A DNA stretch of 64,000 nt from Carcharhinus amblyrhynchos (lineage: Eukaryota): the NCBI GenBank assembly GCA_965287045.1, contig OZ336885.1:61938001-62002000 (forward strand). Direction: 5' to 3'. The notes beneath the pieces are model-generated. The model saw nothing but the letters and a program-made list of their open reading frames with translations. It searched no databases and was not told the DNA's origin. This document shows, piece after piece, positions 1-11,952 of the stretch. Positions within the stretch are counted from its first letter, which is position 1. Every line of letters starts with the position of its first letter. A program made the position numbers and the translations under genes.

Positions 1-1078
1 AGGGGGAGGAGGGACCTACGGGAGCAGCCAGCCAGGAAGGCGGAGGTTTACTTGAGGAAGCGAGCTCCGTCAAGGGTGGCGAGAGTCAATCAATCTCCAG
101 CCGACTCCGTAAACATGACAAAAGGGGGCCAGAAAAGGCAGAGGCCGATTCTACACTTGAAAAACATAAATACCAGGCTCAGAACCCCAGGATTATGATA
201 GGCGAAACCCCTATTTTAAAACCCTGGACCCCGGGCGAAGCCCGGGATATGATTTCATCAGCCCCTGTTCCAGTTAAAAAGCCAGTGGCCTTTCACAATT
301 GGCTGGAGCAAACCTGTACTATCTATAATCCTTACCTGGTGATATGAGACTGTTGCTGCAGGCAGCTTACGGAGCCTCGTGGCACAGTGTCCGAGACTCG
401 TTCCCAATCCCAGTAGGAGAGAACGGGGACTGGAGGCAGGATAATGAATTACTGGATGAGGGAAATGAGTCTATGGAGCATTGGCTGAAACATAGAGGAA
501 GGGAAGCGATGATGCAGGGGGCTAAGAGACATGGGGACATAGGTGAGGTGACCAGGTGCCGACAGAAAGCTGACGAATCAGTCATGGACTTTGCAGTTAG
601 ATGGAGGGATGTTTGGGAAGAGAATGCCGGGATACCTTTAGATCAGAACCAACCCCTGGCAGTACAGACCCTGTTGAACTGCATGCTCCCCGAGCATGCT
701 AGTACCTACAAAATGAAAGTGTTAGATTGGCAAGGAAAAACATGGACAGAGACGATTACGGTACTAGCTAACCTAGACAGGGAGGGACTGCTCACTCGCA
801 CAGAGGACAGGCTGAGAGTGAGTCAGTTTTACCAGCACGGGGGGAGGGGGAGACCGGGACAGAGAGCAGGAAGCTCTGGACGAATAAAAGGAAAAGGGGG
901 TCGGTGGCCAGCAAAAGACCGGTCCCAGGACGAATGCAGGAATTGTGGAAAAATGGGACACTGGGCTAGGGACTGTAGACTCCCCTCAAAGCGTCACACA
1001 GAAGGGCAGGGTGGGCTTCCCGAGCCCCAGATGGCTCCCCAATTCACTTTTACACAGCCGAACCCCCTCTCCGCATAG
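1..1078 (+). pseudogene. gag: ERV-A gag (capsid and nucleocapsid), partial, frameshift near 330-340
   Basis: KPWTPGE capsid-like start at ~218. ORF 344-1078 contains a single CCHC knuckle CRNCGKMGHWARDC and ends at TAG. Confidence 0.92.
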
Positions 1079-4000
1079 GGGTGCCCCGGGAATGAGGTGG
1101 TACAAGCGGCTGCAATCTGTTTGTCATCTGATACAGAGGAGATACCCATGGCTACCGTGAAAATAGGGGATAGCCATTTGCAGCTGCTGGTGGACACCGG
1201 CGCTACAATGTCCTCCGTACCACTCTCCGCGGGGTTACCAGTTAGCGATTCTACCATAGTCAGCGTGGGAATTGCCGGAATCGCTATGCGCGAATCCCTG
1301 TCCTTACCCGTAGATTTAGAGATCCGAGGTAATAAAATAACAGATACTTTTATCGTTTCTAAAACAGCTCCTATTCCCCTACTGGGAAGAAGCGCTCTCT
1401 GCAAATTAGGGGCCACAATTTACTGTACAGAGGAGGGAATGTTCATGGAACTACCCTCAATACGAGCACACCAGTACTATGCAAATGTTGCCCGACCCGC
1501 TATTCCTGATACTAATAAACCAGAACCGATTTTATATTGCTGGCAGTTGGATGGCAACCCCTATTCACAGCCAGTGCAGAGACTGCTGCTAGCGTTAGAC
1601 CAAATTACGGGTTCGCTATTTGAAGGATTGAAATACATCCTCCAGACGAGCTCCGAAAAAGCACGACTCCACTGTACTGCCCGCTTCATGTATGAAGACA
1701 CGGCAGAATATACTCAGCTGGTACAGTCGCATCTGGGCGCAGAGGACGGCTTGGAAGGATCCCCCCACATATATTTTGGACCCCAAGGGGTGGGGACTGA
1801 GGTCTACCTAACGAAACAACAGCAAGCGCGATTTTGGGAGAACGACTCGATCCCTCATCTTACAATAGCCACAAAACCCCCGGCTGAGAACAGAAAGATC
1901 GGACCTATGATATACCGTTTACAGCAACAGATGCAGGCAGCGGGGTATCAACCTTGGGCGCAGGCTACAGTACCCGTGGGCAGAACTGTCTTCCAGATAG
2001 TCTTTGTTACCCCGACTAGCGGAAGGATCACGGGAATAAAACATTATCATGACGCCATTTTTGAACGACAACAGCCCCCCGGACAGGATGACTGTAAGGT
2101 TCCCCATGCTCTTGTGCAGGTTCCATCCGAACTATGGGCAAAACATAAAAATCACGTCGGAAAGGTCCATTCAGCCATACCCAATCAGGTTACACTCGTA
2201 AAGGGGGCCGTCCTACCCTGTATTTGACAATATCGACTGTCCCCTGAGGCTGAGGACGGAATTGCCCCAGTAATACAGGCGCTGATACAGCAAGGAGTTT
2301 TAGTGGAGACACAAAGTCCTTGCAACACTCCTATTCTGCCTATACCGAAGATTAATAAGCCGGGAGAGTGGCGGTTTGTGCAAGACTTACGGGCCATTAA
2401 TAAGATAGTGACACCCATTGCTCCCGTGGTACCTGACACCAACATGATTCTTTCTTCTATACCGGCGGCAGCGGGGGCATTTTCAGTGGTCGATTTGTGT
2501 TCTGCGTTTTTCTCGATTCCCCTACACCCCGGCAGTCAGTACCTGTTCGCGTTTACCTATAAGAAACGGCAGTACACCTGGACTAGGTTACCTCAAGGGT
2601 ACACTGAGAGCCCCGCCGTATACGCGGCAGCCGTGAAACGGGATTTAGAAGACTGTTCCCTGTCTGACAACTCGGTGTTATTACAGTATGCTGATGATTT
2701 ACTGATTGCTTCCACAAATGGGTTCAGCTGCATGCGGGACACTCTCATTCTGTTGACTCACTTAGCGCAGCGTGGCCATAGGGTGTCCTTGGACAAACTA
2801 CAATTCTGTCAGGAGCAGGTGACCTACCTGGGTTTCTGTTTAACTAGAGGCCAACGGCGGCTGGGGCCAGAACGAATCCAAGTAGTTGTAAATGCCCCCA
2901 TTCCAAAAACTAAAAAGGATGTTTTGTCCTTCCTGGGTATGGTTGGATATTGCCGCCAGTGGATCCCAGACTTCAAGGAATGGGATGCAGTTTTACGCGC
3001 GGCCACAGTCAAGGAAGCCCCTTCCGATATCCGATGGACCCCTGAGCGCGCTGCCGCCTTTAAACAGCTTAAGGAGGCTATGATCAGTGCGCCCGCCCTG
3101 GGGTTGCCCAACTATGTCAAACCCTTTCAACTATTTGTAAATGAACGCCAGGGTTTCGCTGTTGCGGTCCTTACACAGGAACACGGCGGACGACAACGGC
3201 CAGTCGCATACTATTCAGTACTACTCCCTGCGGTGGTGCGAGGGATGCCTGCTTGTCTGCGGGCTGTTGCCGCCACAGCTATCATGGTGGAGAAATCAAT
3301 TCCCATTGTACACCCCTGTACTGTAGTTACGGCTCATGCAGTACTGCTGTTGCTTAACTCTGCCGCCACCCAGCACTTCACAGCATCTCGGCGAACTGGA
3401 TATGAAGTGATCCTCCTCTCTCGTCCCAACTGTACCTACAAGCGGTCGCCCGTAGTTAATCCAGCCACCTATGTGCCCTCACCGGGGGATAGTACAGACA
3501 CTGACACCCATGATTGTTTATTAACGATTCAAACTGCCATTGTTCCCCGGTTGGATTTACAGACTGAGCCTTTTGATAATCCAGATCTTATTTTTTATAC
3601 TGATGGCTCCTCTCACCGGCCAACTGACGATCAACCCCTCGCAGGCTACGCCATAGTCAGCCCGCATGAAACTGTTGAGGCATTCGCTCTTCCCCCTGGC
3701 ACATCAGCCCAGGCAGCAGAATTGTTCGCACTGACACGGGCATGCGTATTGGCCAAAGATACAACCATCAACATTTATACTGACTCGCAGTACGCATTCG
3801 GAGTTGTGCACAATTTCGGTCAGCTGTGGAAAAATCGAGGTTTTATCACCTCGGGGGGGGGGGGGGGGGGGGAAACAAATTAAACACTCTAGATTAGTGC
3901 TGCATCTGCTGGATGCCATCCAGCTGCCATCTAAACTGGCTATAGTGAAATGCCAAGCGCACACACAAGGTGATGACGAAGTTTCCCGGGGAAATGGGCG

Positions 4001-5284
4001 AGCGGACGAGGTTGCCCGTGCTGTCGCGTTGCGGCAATGCCCCATATTACAGATGGTCAACCTCCCCGCGCCCACTTCACCCCCCTCGATGATAAGTGAC
4101 GACCAGCTCATGACAGCCCAGCAGCAGGTTTCCCCCCAGGATCGTCGGTCCTGGGAGCGCGCGGGATGCGGCTTAAAAAACGGGGTCTGGACACACCCAG
4201 ATGGCAGGGTAGTTTGCCCGCGATCTCTGTTTTTGCCCTGGCTCGCCTGGCCCATGGCCAGGCTCACATGGGCAAAGGAGGGATGACTTATAACATAACA
4301 ACACAATGGTATGCACCTGGGGTAACGGTAACTATTGATAAGGTAGTGAGAACATGCCAAATCTGTCAGGTCAATAGCAAGGGGAATACACCGGCCAAGT
4401 ATGATCATTTGCTACAGCCCAGCATGCCATTTGAAAATTTACAAATTGATTTTGTTCACATGCCACTAGCAAGTGGGTATAAGTATCTCTTAGTAATAGT
4501 GGGTATGTTCACCAGATGGGCGGAGGCACACCCTACTAGAAGAGATGATGCCAGGACAGTGGTAAAAACATAATTAAAAGAACTAATACCCAGATACGGA
4601 ATACCAATGGGAATTAATAGCGATAGGGGAACACACTTTACGGGAAAAATAGTGAAAGCTCTAGCCGAAACTTTGGGATTCCAATAGAAGTTGCATATAC
4701 CATACCAGCCCCAGTCAGCGGGAATCGTAGAGAGAGTGAATGGGGAAATAAAAGCAGCATTGAATAAGACCTGTCAGGAAACCGGATTGAAATGGCCTGA
4801 GGCACTTCCCATAGTGATGTACATGCTCAGAAATCAGAAAAACCGAAACACCGGTCTAACACCCCATGAGGCTTTAATGGGTAAGCCAATGCCCACGGGG
4901 ATAAAACCCCCTTTAACACCTGAAAATGTGGCCCTGGTTTGGACGGATGAGACCACCTTAAGGTTTGCTCAGGCCATGTGTGAAACAGCAGCCCGGCTAC
5001 ATACCAAAGTCAGAAAAGCGCAGGCGCCCCTGACAGGGGGAAATATGCATCCTTTTAAACCAGGAGATCAGGTCCTCGTAAAAACGTTAATGAAGGATTC
5101 TTTCTCCCCTAGGTGGAAAGGACCATACCAAGTGCTGCTAACTGCCAGAACTGCGGTGAAGCTGGAGAAGCATCCCGATTGGGTGCACGCCACTCGCTGC
5201 AGACCATACCGCCCAGACATCCGAGCCGGAGAAGAAGGAAGCAGGACAGAGTGTGTAGAAACCTCCAAAAGACACAGAGACTAA
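1079..5284 (+). pseudogene. pol: ERV-A pro-pol: protease, extra domain, RT, RNase H, integrase; disrupted
   Basis: Same frame as gag after the TAG. LVDTGA (~1190), PLLGR, LPQG, YADD (2687-2698), YTDGS/AELFAL/TDSQY RNase H, HHCC, IDF, SDRG, ERVN and WKGPY integrase motifs. Stops at 2225, 4571 and 4686; frameshifts at the poly-G ~3853-3872 and near 4230-4250. Confidence 0.96.
1520..2050 (+). other. Putative 2H phosphoesterase domain in ERV-A Pol
   Basis: LHCTA (His 1670-1672) and PHLTI (His 1856-1858), 62 aa apart; homologous to the ERV-B insert. Confidence 0.8.
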
Positions 5285-5334
5285 TTGAACTATTGCCGTA
5301 CAGAAAGAAATGCTGTACCTGTAAAACTGGACAA

Positions 5335-5487
5335 ATGTATGATCACTGGATTTGCATGCCAAACTGGGTCTTTTACATGTGGATGATTGTGACTTTCTTA
5401 GTTTGCTGTGTGTATTACTCGCTGATAGCAGTAGAAGCTTTTAAGCAAAGGAAAAGGGGGCCGGAACACATTCACTTGATAAAATAA
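5335..5487 (+). CDS. Small 50-aa putative membrane accessory protein between pol and env
   Basis: MYDHWICMPNWVFYMWMIVTFLVCCVYYSLIAVEAFKQRKRGPEHIHLIK: hydrophobic segment followed by a basic cluster; frame differs from both pol and env. Confidence 0.45.
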   Translation: MYDHWICMPNWVFYMWMIVTFLVCCVYYSLIAVEAFKQRKRGPEHIHLIK

Positions 5488-5528
5488 GAGACATTTGTCT
5501 AAAAAAAGACACAACAGGTAAACAAGAC

Positions 5529-7588
5529 ATGATCGGGGCAATTTGGCTATTTTTGGGCTGCCTGCTAGGGGTAGGGGATAGCAGTAACCGCACGACTCTG
5601 GAAAACCTACCCGTAGCCAGGACTAGTTTTGAAGGCAAACTACCTTGCTCGGCCGGTAGATGGATTGCTAACTGTTCAGGGGGATGTGAGATGATAAAAG
5701 TGGGTGGAGGCAGAATTAAGTTTGTAATCCAGCGGAATGGTAGTATGACATTGCGGGTTACTACTACTGGAGGGAATATGAGCTGTCAAGTGGAAACAAA
5801 TGTAAGCAGAACAGGAGATATTGGGTGGTTAAGAGAAAATTGGGTCCACAATTACACGAGAAATAATGAGACCAAGGAATTCCTGGAGGCAGAATTAGAT
5901 CGCACACACTGGTACGGGTGTCAGAACAGCACCCCGAACAAGGAAAGGGATAGTGATAGCTTATGTCTAAAAGGCAACCGATATGGTAGCTTATGGTGGC
6001 TGGAGGAAACAATACAAGAAGAGACGAATACGGGACATATAAGAAGGATGTTTGCCACTTGCACTCCAGTAGTGAGATCCCCCAATGTGCTAAACCTGAC
6101 AGTGGTGATCAGATATGAGAAGCCGAGACCTGATAACTGTAATGTGACCCGGTTGGACATGGTTTTGAGAAAGGAGGGGAAAAGGAAAAGGAGAGACCTT
6201 GTAGGGACTGTGCTAGGAGGTATAGGGACAGGGATGGGGGCCCTAAACTCCATAGACATAGAAACCCTTCAAAACAAAATACAGGCGGTGGGGGGTTTAA
6301 TAGGAGAAGGAATGAAGATAAGAAATGCACGGACTAAAGGCTTGCAAAAGGCACAACTATCCGGGTTCTTAACTAACGAAATGACTTGGAAACACAACGA
6401 AGCGGTAGAAAAAGAAATAGACAAGGTATTGATGAGCCTGACAGCCTTAAACTCCCGGTATACTTACTGTATGATGAAGGAAATAGTACGCCAGCTATTG
6501 CGGGCAGAATTAGAAAGAAAATTTATATCTTTCCATGCCGAAACATGGGAAGGAATGTTGGGGTTCAGACAGAGTAGTGCTTGCAATATAACTGTCAGGC
6601 CTCGCCCAAAGTACACTAGGTGCAACCTGGAGGGATGCAATGTAACAATGGAAGTAGTGAACAGTACTAGGAAGGAGGTCTGGTGCCAGTTCCAAGTACT
6701 ACCCCATTTATTCGGTGCCAATTTTTGGTACCCTATATTTAAAAGGAGCTGGTTGGACGAAAAGAACCTGACCCATTCCTCCACAGGTTGTATTAGCTGA
6801 CCTTTCGGGATGGTATGTCCGTACCAGACCGCTGTTTACGAACCCTGTTCTATGCAACACTCTACCGGGGTATGCCAGTGGGAACTGAGACCCTCTAATG
6901 ACACGGTAATATCAGAAATCGGGGAAAATGAAGTCTGTGTTTCTGGGATCTGGACGGACTCCTGTATAAGCCACCTATTAACAAATGTGTAAAGGGAGTA
7001 TTTACCCTGTACGAACCTCAAAGCCAGCGAACCTATCAATTCGGGCAATGGGAGCAAATGCAGCAACACCTAATGATTCATAACATAGACCCTTTGCCTC
7101 CGGTAGTAAATTTGACAAAACTACATGCATTAATCAGAGAAAGTCGAAAAGTAACAGAGGCCTTTGCTAAGGAGGGGCGAGCCCTTCACCAACTAGTGGT
7201 TGAAATGAGTTACAAGGAGGGACAGTTAGTACGAATATCGGATCGGGTAACCTCCCTTACGACGCACCACTGGTGGGGCGTATTCTATGGCTGGTCCCCT
7301 AAGGCATCAGCCATCTTCAGACTGGCCATTCATCCAATTGTAATACTGGGAGTGGGGCTCCTGCTATTGCTCATAATCATGTGCATCACTTGGGTAAGAG
7401 TGAAGAGGCTGGTAGGACAGGTGCTGGGTTTAATAGCTCAAATGGACGGAAGGTTAATGGCAGTAAGAACCCATGTAGCCAGAATAGGCGAACAATATGA
7501 GGAGTACGACGAGGAAGAGTGTCTAAAAATGAGACCATTCCCCGAGGGATATGACCCTCCCTTTGCCAATTGTACGCCAAGATCTTAG
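5529..7588 (+). pseudogene. env: ERV-A env, about 685 codons, disrupted
   Basis: Signal peptide MIGAIWLFLGCLLGVG, many NxS/T sites, furin site RKRR (6183-6194), fusion peptide DLVGTVLGGIGTGMGAL, TM helix IVILGVGLLLLLIIMCITW. In-frame stops at 6798 and 6990, and a frameshift before 7058. Confidence 0.9.
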
Positions 7589-7611
7589 ATAATCTGTTGA
7601 TCAAAATGATC

Positions 7612-7625
7612 AACAAGGAGGGAAC
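7612..7625 (+). promoter_or_regulatory. ERV-A polypurine tract
   Basis: AACAAGGAGGGAAC directly before the LTR TG. Confidence 0.8.
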
Positions 7626-8227
7626 TGTAGAAGAAATTAGATTCATATAAGCAATTAGGTTGCATAGAAAAGTAAGTCTGTTTTAAACGGACTTACTATA
7701 GTAGGGGCTAAAGCTGCAGCAGTAGCTAAAGAGTTAATGGTTCACTATATACTCACCATTATACCGAAAATCAAGAAACTAGCTGAAGCAGGCAGGGTTA
7801 GAAAAACAGGGCCTAGCAGACACTCAAGGTCTAAAGGCCAGATAACGGGCCATCTGCCTTTAGGAGGATAGAAAATTAAACCACCATTCTTCTCCCCTGT
7901 CTAGTTACGGTAAATCACAAGGGACAGGGACTGTAGGATGATTTAGACCAAGGACACTATAGATAAGTCCTAGGACCATAGTTTTAATTCATGGGACAAT
8001 GATTAAAGGGGTAATAGAGATAGTAAAGATAATAGGGAGTATTGTAACCTGCTTGCAGAGTTGTTTATTTCACTGTATAAAAATAGCGCGGGTTTGTTCA
8101 GAAAATTCAGAGTTCTCTCGGTGTTGACTGAGGTGTACTCTCCGTGATATCACGACAATAAACTCTCCTGACGCCTGACTCTGAACGTCTCTGCCTGAGT
8201 TATTCTGAGCTAGGAATTTCCTCGACA
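7626..8227 (+). repeat. ERV-A 3' LTR (602 bp)
   Basis: Starts TGTAGAAGAAATT and ends AATTTCCTCGACA (11/13 inverted match); TATAAAAA 8076-8083; AATAAA 8157-8162. Confidence 0.9.
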
Positions 8228-8344
8228 CCAACTATTCCCTTTCAACTGGCTCAGGGTGCCAATTGTTTTATTGGAGTGAAGGTAGCCAGCTACAAACACA
8301 ACAATGATGTGGAAATACCTATGCAGCACACAGAAAGGTGTCTC

Positions 8345-9790
8345 AAATATTAGGATAAGGTGCAACAACTTTATTTGAAATCCTGAGCTTTGAGAGCGCT
8401 GCTCCTTCATCAGGTGACTGGAGAGGTACGACTCACAAACATATATGGACAAAAAGACAATTGCATTATAATGGTTAGAATGAGAATCTTGTTTAGACAA
8501 TGAAGTCTATACAGTTACAGACATGTGTGAGAGGAGAGTAGGATAAGTAGAGATTTAAGGGGTGAGAATTGAGTCACGCCAGGGCAATTTTTAAGGTTTC
8601 GCAAAGTGAGACCATATAGTGTGGGTTACACGTAGTGTGACATGCCTTAGGAAGTTGGCTATCAGTTTCTGCTCGACAATGTCCCGTTGCCGTCTGTCTT
8701 GGACACCCCTTACAGAATACTTACCTGAAGATGGGAGGCTGAATGCTTTACACTTCTGAAGTTTTCCGCGACTGGAAGAGGGCAATCTTGTCTGGCGTTT
8801 GTCGTGCGTGATAAATGGGTACTTTGTCATAGAGACTGTATGGCCTCTCCGATGTACTATGACTTGGGACATTCTTTCTTACAGCGTATCAGGTGAACAA
8901 TGCTGGCCGAGTCGTATTAATACGTGCGGTATGCTTGGTGAATGGTGTTATCACGCGTGATGTTTGTATCCACTGAGATGACCCGGCACATTTTGCAAAA
9001 GTTGCTGCAACACGGTTATATGCTGTAGTTGCCACTGTTCTCCTGACGGTTGCGTGGTTTGTTGTGAACAATAGTCTGTTTTAGTTTTCGTGGTTGTTTG
9101 AAGGTAAGTAGTGGCAGCGCGTGGATAGCATTGGTGAGATCTTCGTCTTTATCTATGCCATGTTGAAGGCAGTGAAGAAGGTATCACCGTTTCTCCGCCC
9201 GAGAGAAGTACTGCACGACGAAGGTACTCTGTTGTTCATGACCTTTGCTTGTCTTTTGAGGACGCCAATGCAGTTTTTGTTTTGCTGTATCTCTTCGGTA
9301 CTGTTGATCGATATGTCTACCGTAATATCGCGTTCATACGATGGCCTCTTTCAGCGTCTGTAGATGTTTGTTGTATTCCAAATTACCTGAGAAGATCCTC
9401 CGCATATAGTGTGCTTTTCCGTAGAAGATGGCATTTTCAACATGTTTATTGCGGAAACTGAAGAAGTGCAGCTTCAAAGGTTTATCCAGTGACTTGTGGT
9501 AGTTTGAGTTGTGGAGTTGACCATCCTAGATAAAGATGCCTCTTTCCAAAAATGCAACCGATTCTGGAGAGTAGTGCACGGCGAGTCTGATGGTGGGTTG
9601 GAGCTTGCCCATGACATCATGTAGCCGTTTCAGTTATTATTCGCCCAGAGTCCAAAGAAAGAAAATATCATCGATGTCTGCAATCTATAACGTCCATTAA
9701 GGTTCTATGCAGTGAATAGTTCTTGCTCGAATTTGTGCATGAAGGTATTGGCGTATTGAGGTGCGAATTTGCTTTCCATGAGTAGTCTAT
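8345..9790 (-). mobile_element. Penelope-like element, 3' part (RT C-half, GIY-YIG, terminus), decayed
   Basis: Minus-strand MESKFAPQYANTFMHKFEQE, IDDIFFLW and YIGE (GIY-YIG); terminal CTGATGAAGGAGCAGCGCTC motif at ~8395-8413. Confidence 0.85.
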
Positions 9791-9809
9791 TGTCCTGGAA
9801 CAATAATTG

Positions 9810-11450
9810 GTTTGATTTGATTCGACTTATTACTGTCACATATATTAATATATGGTTAAAAGTGTTGCATCCTGCGCACTATGCAGACGAAGCAGAACCT
9901 TCACATGGAAGGACATGAAAAAGTGCAGAATGTACCGTTACAGTCAGAGCTAGGTTGAAGAGAAATGTTTGCTTAATGTGAGATAGGTCCATTGAAATGT
10001 CTGATGGCAGCATTGAAGAAGCTATTCTAGATTTGGTTGGCACGTGACAACAGATTTTTTTTTCGTTTTCCCGACGGAATAGGGATATACTATATCCGCG
10101 GTGCGTGGGTGGCTTAACCATGTTGACTGCTTTGGCGAGGCAGACGGAGGAGTAGACAAATTCAATGGATAGGAGGCTGGTTTGCATGATAGTTGGGCTG
10201 CATTTACAACGTTTTGTAGTTTCCTGTAATCTTGGGCCAAGCAAGAGCCTTTCAAGCTGTGATACCATCGTAAATAAAAGTTTCCATGGTGTATGTGTAA
10301 ACGTTGGCGAGATCCGTAATTGGCATGCCAAGTTTATTGAGTGTTCTGAGGAAGTAAAGGTGTTGGTGGGCATTCTTAACTATAGTTTTGCTTGGGGGTG
10401 GGGTGGGAGTCTGGGGGGGGGTGCTTTGGAGGAGGTGGAGAGGGGTACGTGTGTTTGAGGACAGGATAATGCTGATCTGAACGCCTAAAAACATGGGTCT
10501 CAACTCTTTCTACTGAGTGCCCGTTTACACAGACAGGGATACGATCGAATCTACATTTTCTGAAGTCGTTCATAATTTCCCTCTTTTTGTTGACGTTGAA
10601 GGAGAGATTATTATCGTCGCATCGGTTCAACAGGTTTTCTATATCATTCCTGAATTCTGCCTGATTATTCTTAGACGTCTGAGACACTACAATGGTATCA
10701 TGAACAAACTTGGAAATCGAGTTGGTTGGAAATTTGACCACAGAATCCAATTGCATAGGGGATATAGTTGGCGTTGGGGTTGGGCGCTTAGTGAACAGCC
10801 TTGTGTGGCATGAATGTTGAGAATGACCCTGAAAGAGTTATTGTTGCCTTTTCTTTCTGACCGTGGTCTTTGTGATAGGAAATACCAGATCCAGGCACGG
10901 AAGGAGGAGCCATGCCCCATGCCATGGTGTTTAGGGATGAGTTTCATTGGTATAATGTTGTTGAAAGCTCACCTGTAGTCAACAAATCTAAATCTGGTAT
11001 CGGTGTCTTTGTTATCTAGGTGATCCAGGCAGTGTGCAGAGCCAGGGAGAATGTGTCTGTTTGGACCTGTTCCGGCTGTAAGAAAACTGAAATTAATCCA
11101 GACTGTCTGGATGGTTGGAATTAAGTAGCATGATGATTAGCTTTTCGAAGCACTTCATAACTATCAATGTCAGGCTCACTGGATAGTAGTCATTAAGACA
11201 CACTGATTTGATTTTTTTTTATATGATTGTGATGTTGAAAATACCTGTACGTACCCCATCCAACTAATCCACGCAGAGTACAATTGCTCGTCCGGGTACC
11301 TTTTCTGAGCCAGTCACTATTTGCGGGCCGATCTTCGAGAAGGCTGCTCTGACATCTGCAACTGTCAGCTCAAACTGTTGGCTTCTAGGCTAAAGGGCGT
11401 GTGTTCTCTGATCTCCCATTCGAAATGTGGATAGAGCGCCTTGACGGCAT
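9810..11450 (-). mobile_element. Rex1/Babar-type LINE RT fragment inserted into the Penelope element
   Basis: SISKFVHDTIVVSQ...CDDNNLSFNVNKKREIMNDFRK and AHQHLYFLRTL, matching Rex1-type RT. Confidence 0.75.
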
Positions 11451-11454
11451 CATG

Positions 11455-11930
11455 TTTGTCGAAAGTGAAGACATAATTGTCCATGCCAAAGCACACGACT
11501 TGTAGGATTGCATCTGGAGATTGGCGCTAGCTGGTGTTCAGCACTGAGGCTGTTGCAGCAATACTGGCCCCATGGGGGACGGTGTTGCAGAGTACTGAGA
11601 TGTCTATGGTGAAGAGTAGGATTTCTGGTTCAGTGGGCCATGGGTGCTATATTTCTGTAAGAAGCCTTACTGACGCGAGAGAAGCTGGTATTTGCTTGTG
11701 TGCTGGGTTTCAGGATGCCCTCGATGTAGCCAGAGAGACTCTCCGAAAGGTTCCCATTGTCTGATACGATTCCCATTGCCTGATATATTGACCTTGTGTA
11801 TCCTCGGGAGGCAGTAGAGACCTCCAAAGCGCGGAATACTTGTAATTAGAGGACCTAAGTTGTTATGAAGGCCAGGATCAACGTGCATGTGGCATTGCGG
11901 GGTAGGGGCACTGAGGCACAAATATTTCTG
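11455..11930 (-). mobile_element. Penelope-like element, RT N-half (upstream continuation of 8345-9790)
   Basis: LYCLPRIHK, ESLSGYIEGILKP and DNYVFTFD motifs, collinear with the downstream piece. Confidence 0.8.
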
Positions 11931-11952
11931 TCTTTGAAAACATGTTCCTTAC

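Larger units (their letters stand above)
1..8227 (+). mobile_element. Endogenous retrovirus ERV-A (epsilon-like or related fish ERV), 5' part outside the window
   Basis: gag-pro-RT-RNaseH-IN-env order, followed by a PPT and an LTR with TG...CA ends. Confidence 0.97.

Noticed and set aside
367-7646. Antisense ORFs over ERV-A (e.g. 3704-4408, 994-1416)
   Set aside because: Shadow frames of coding sequence with no recognisable motifs
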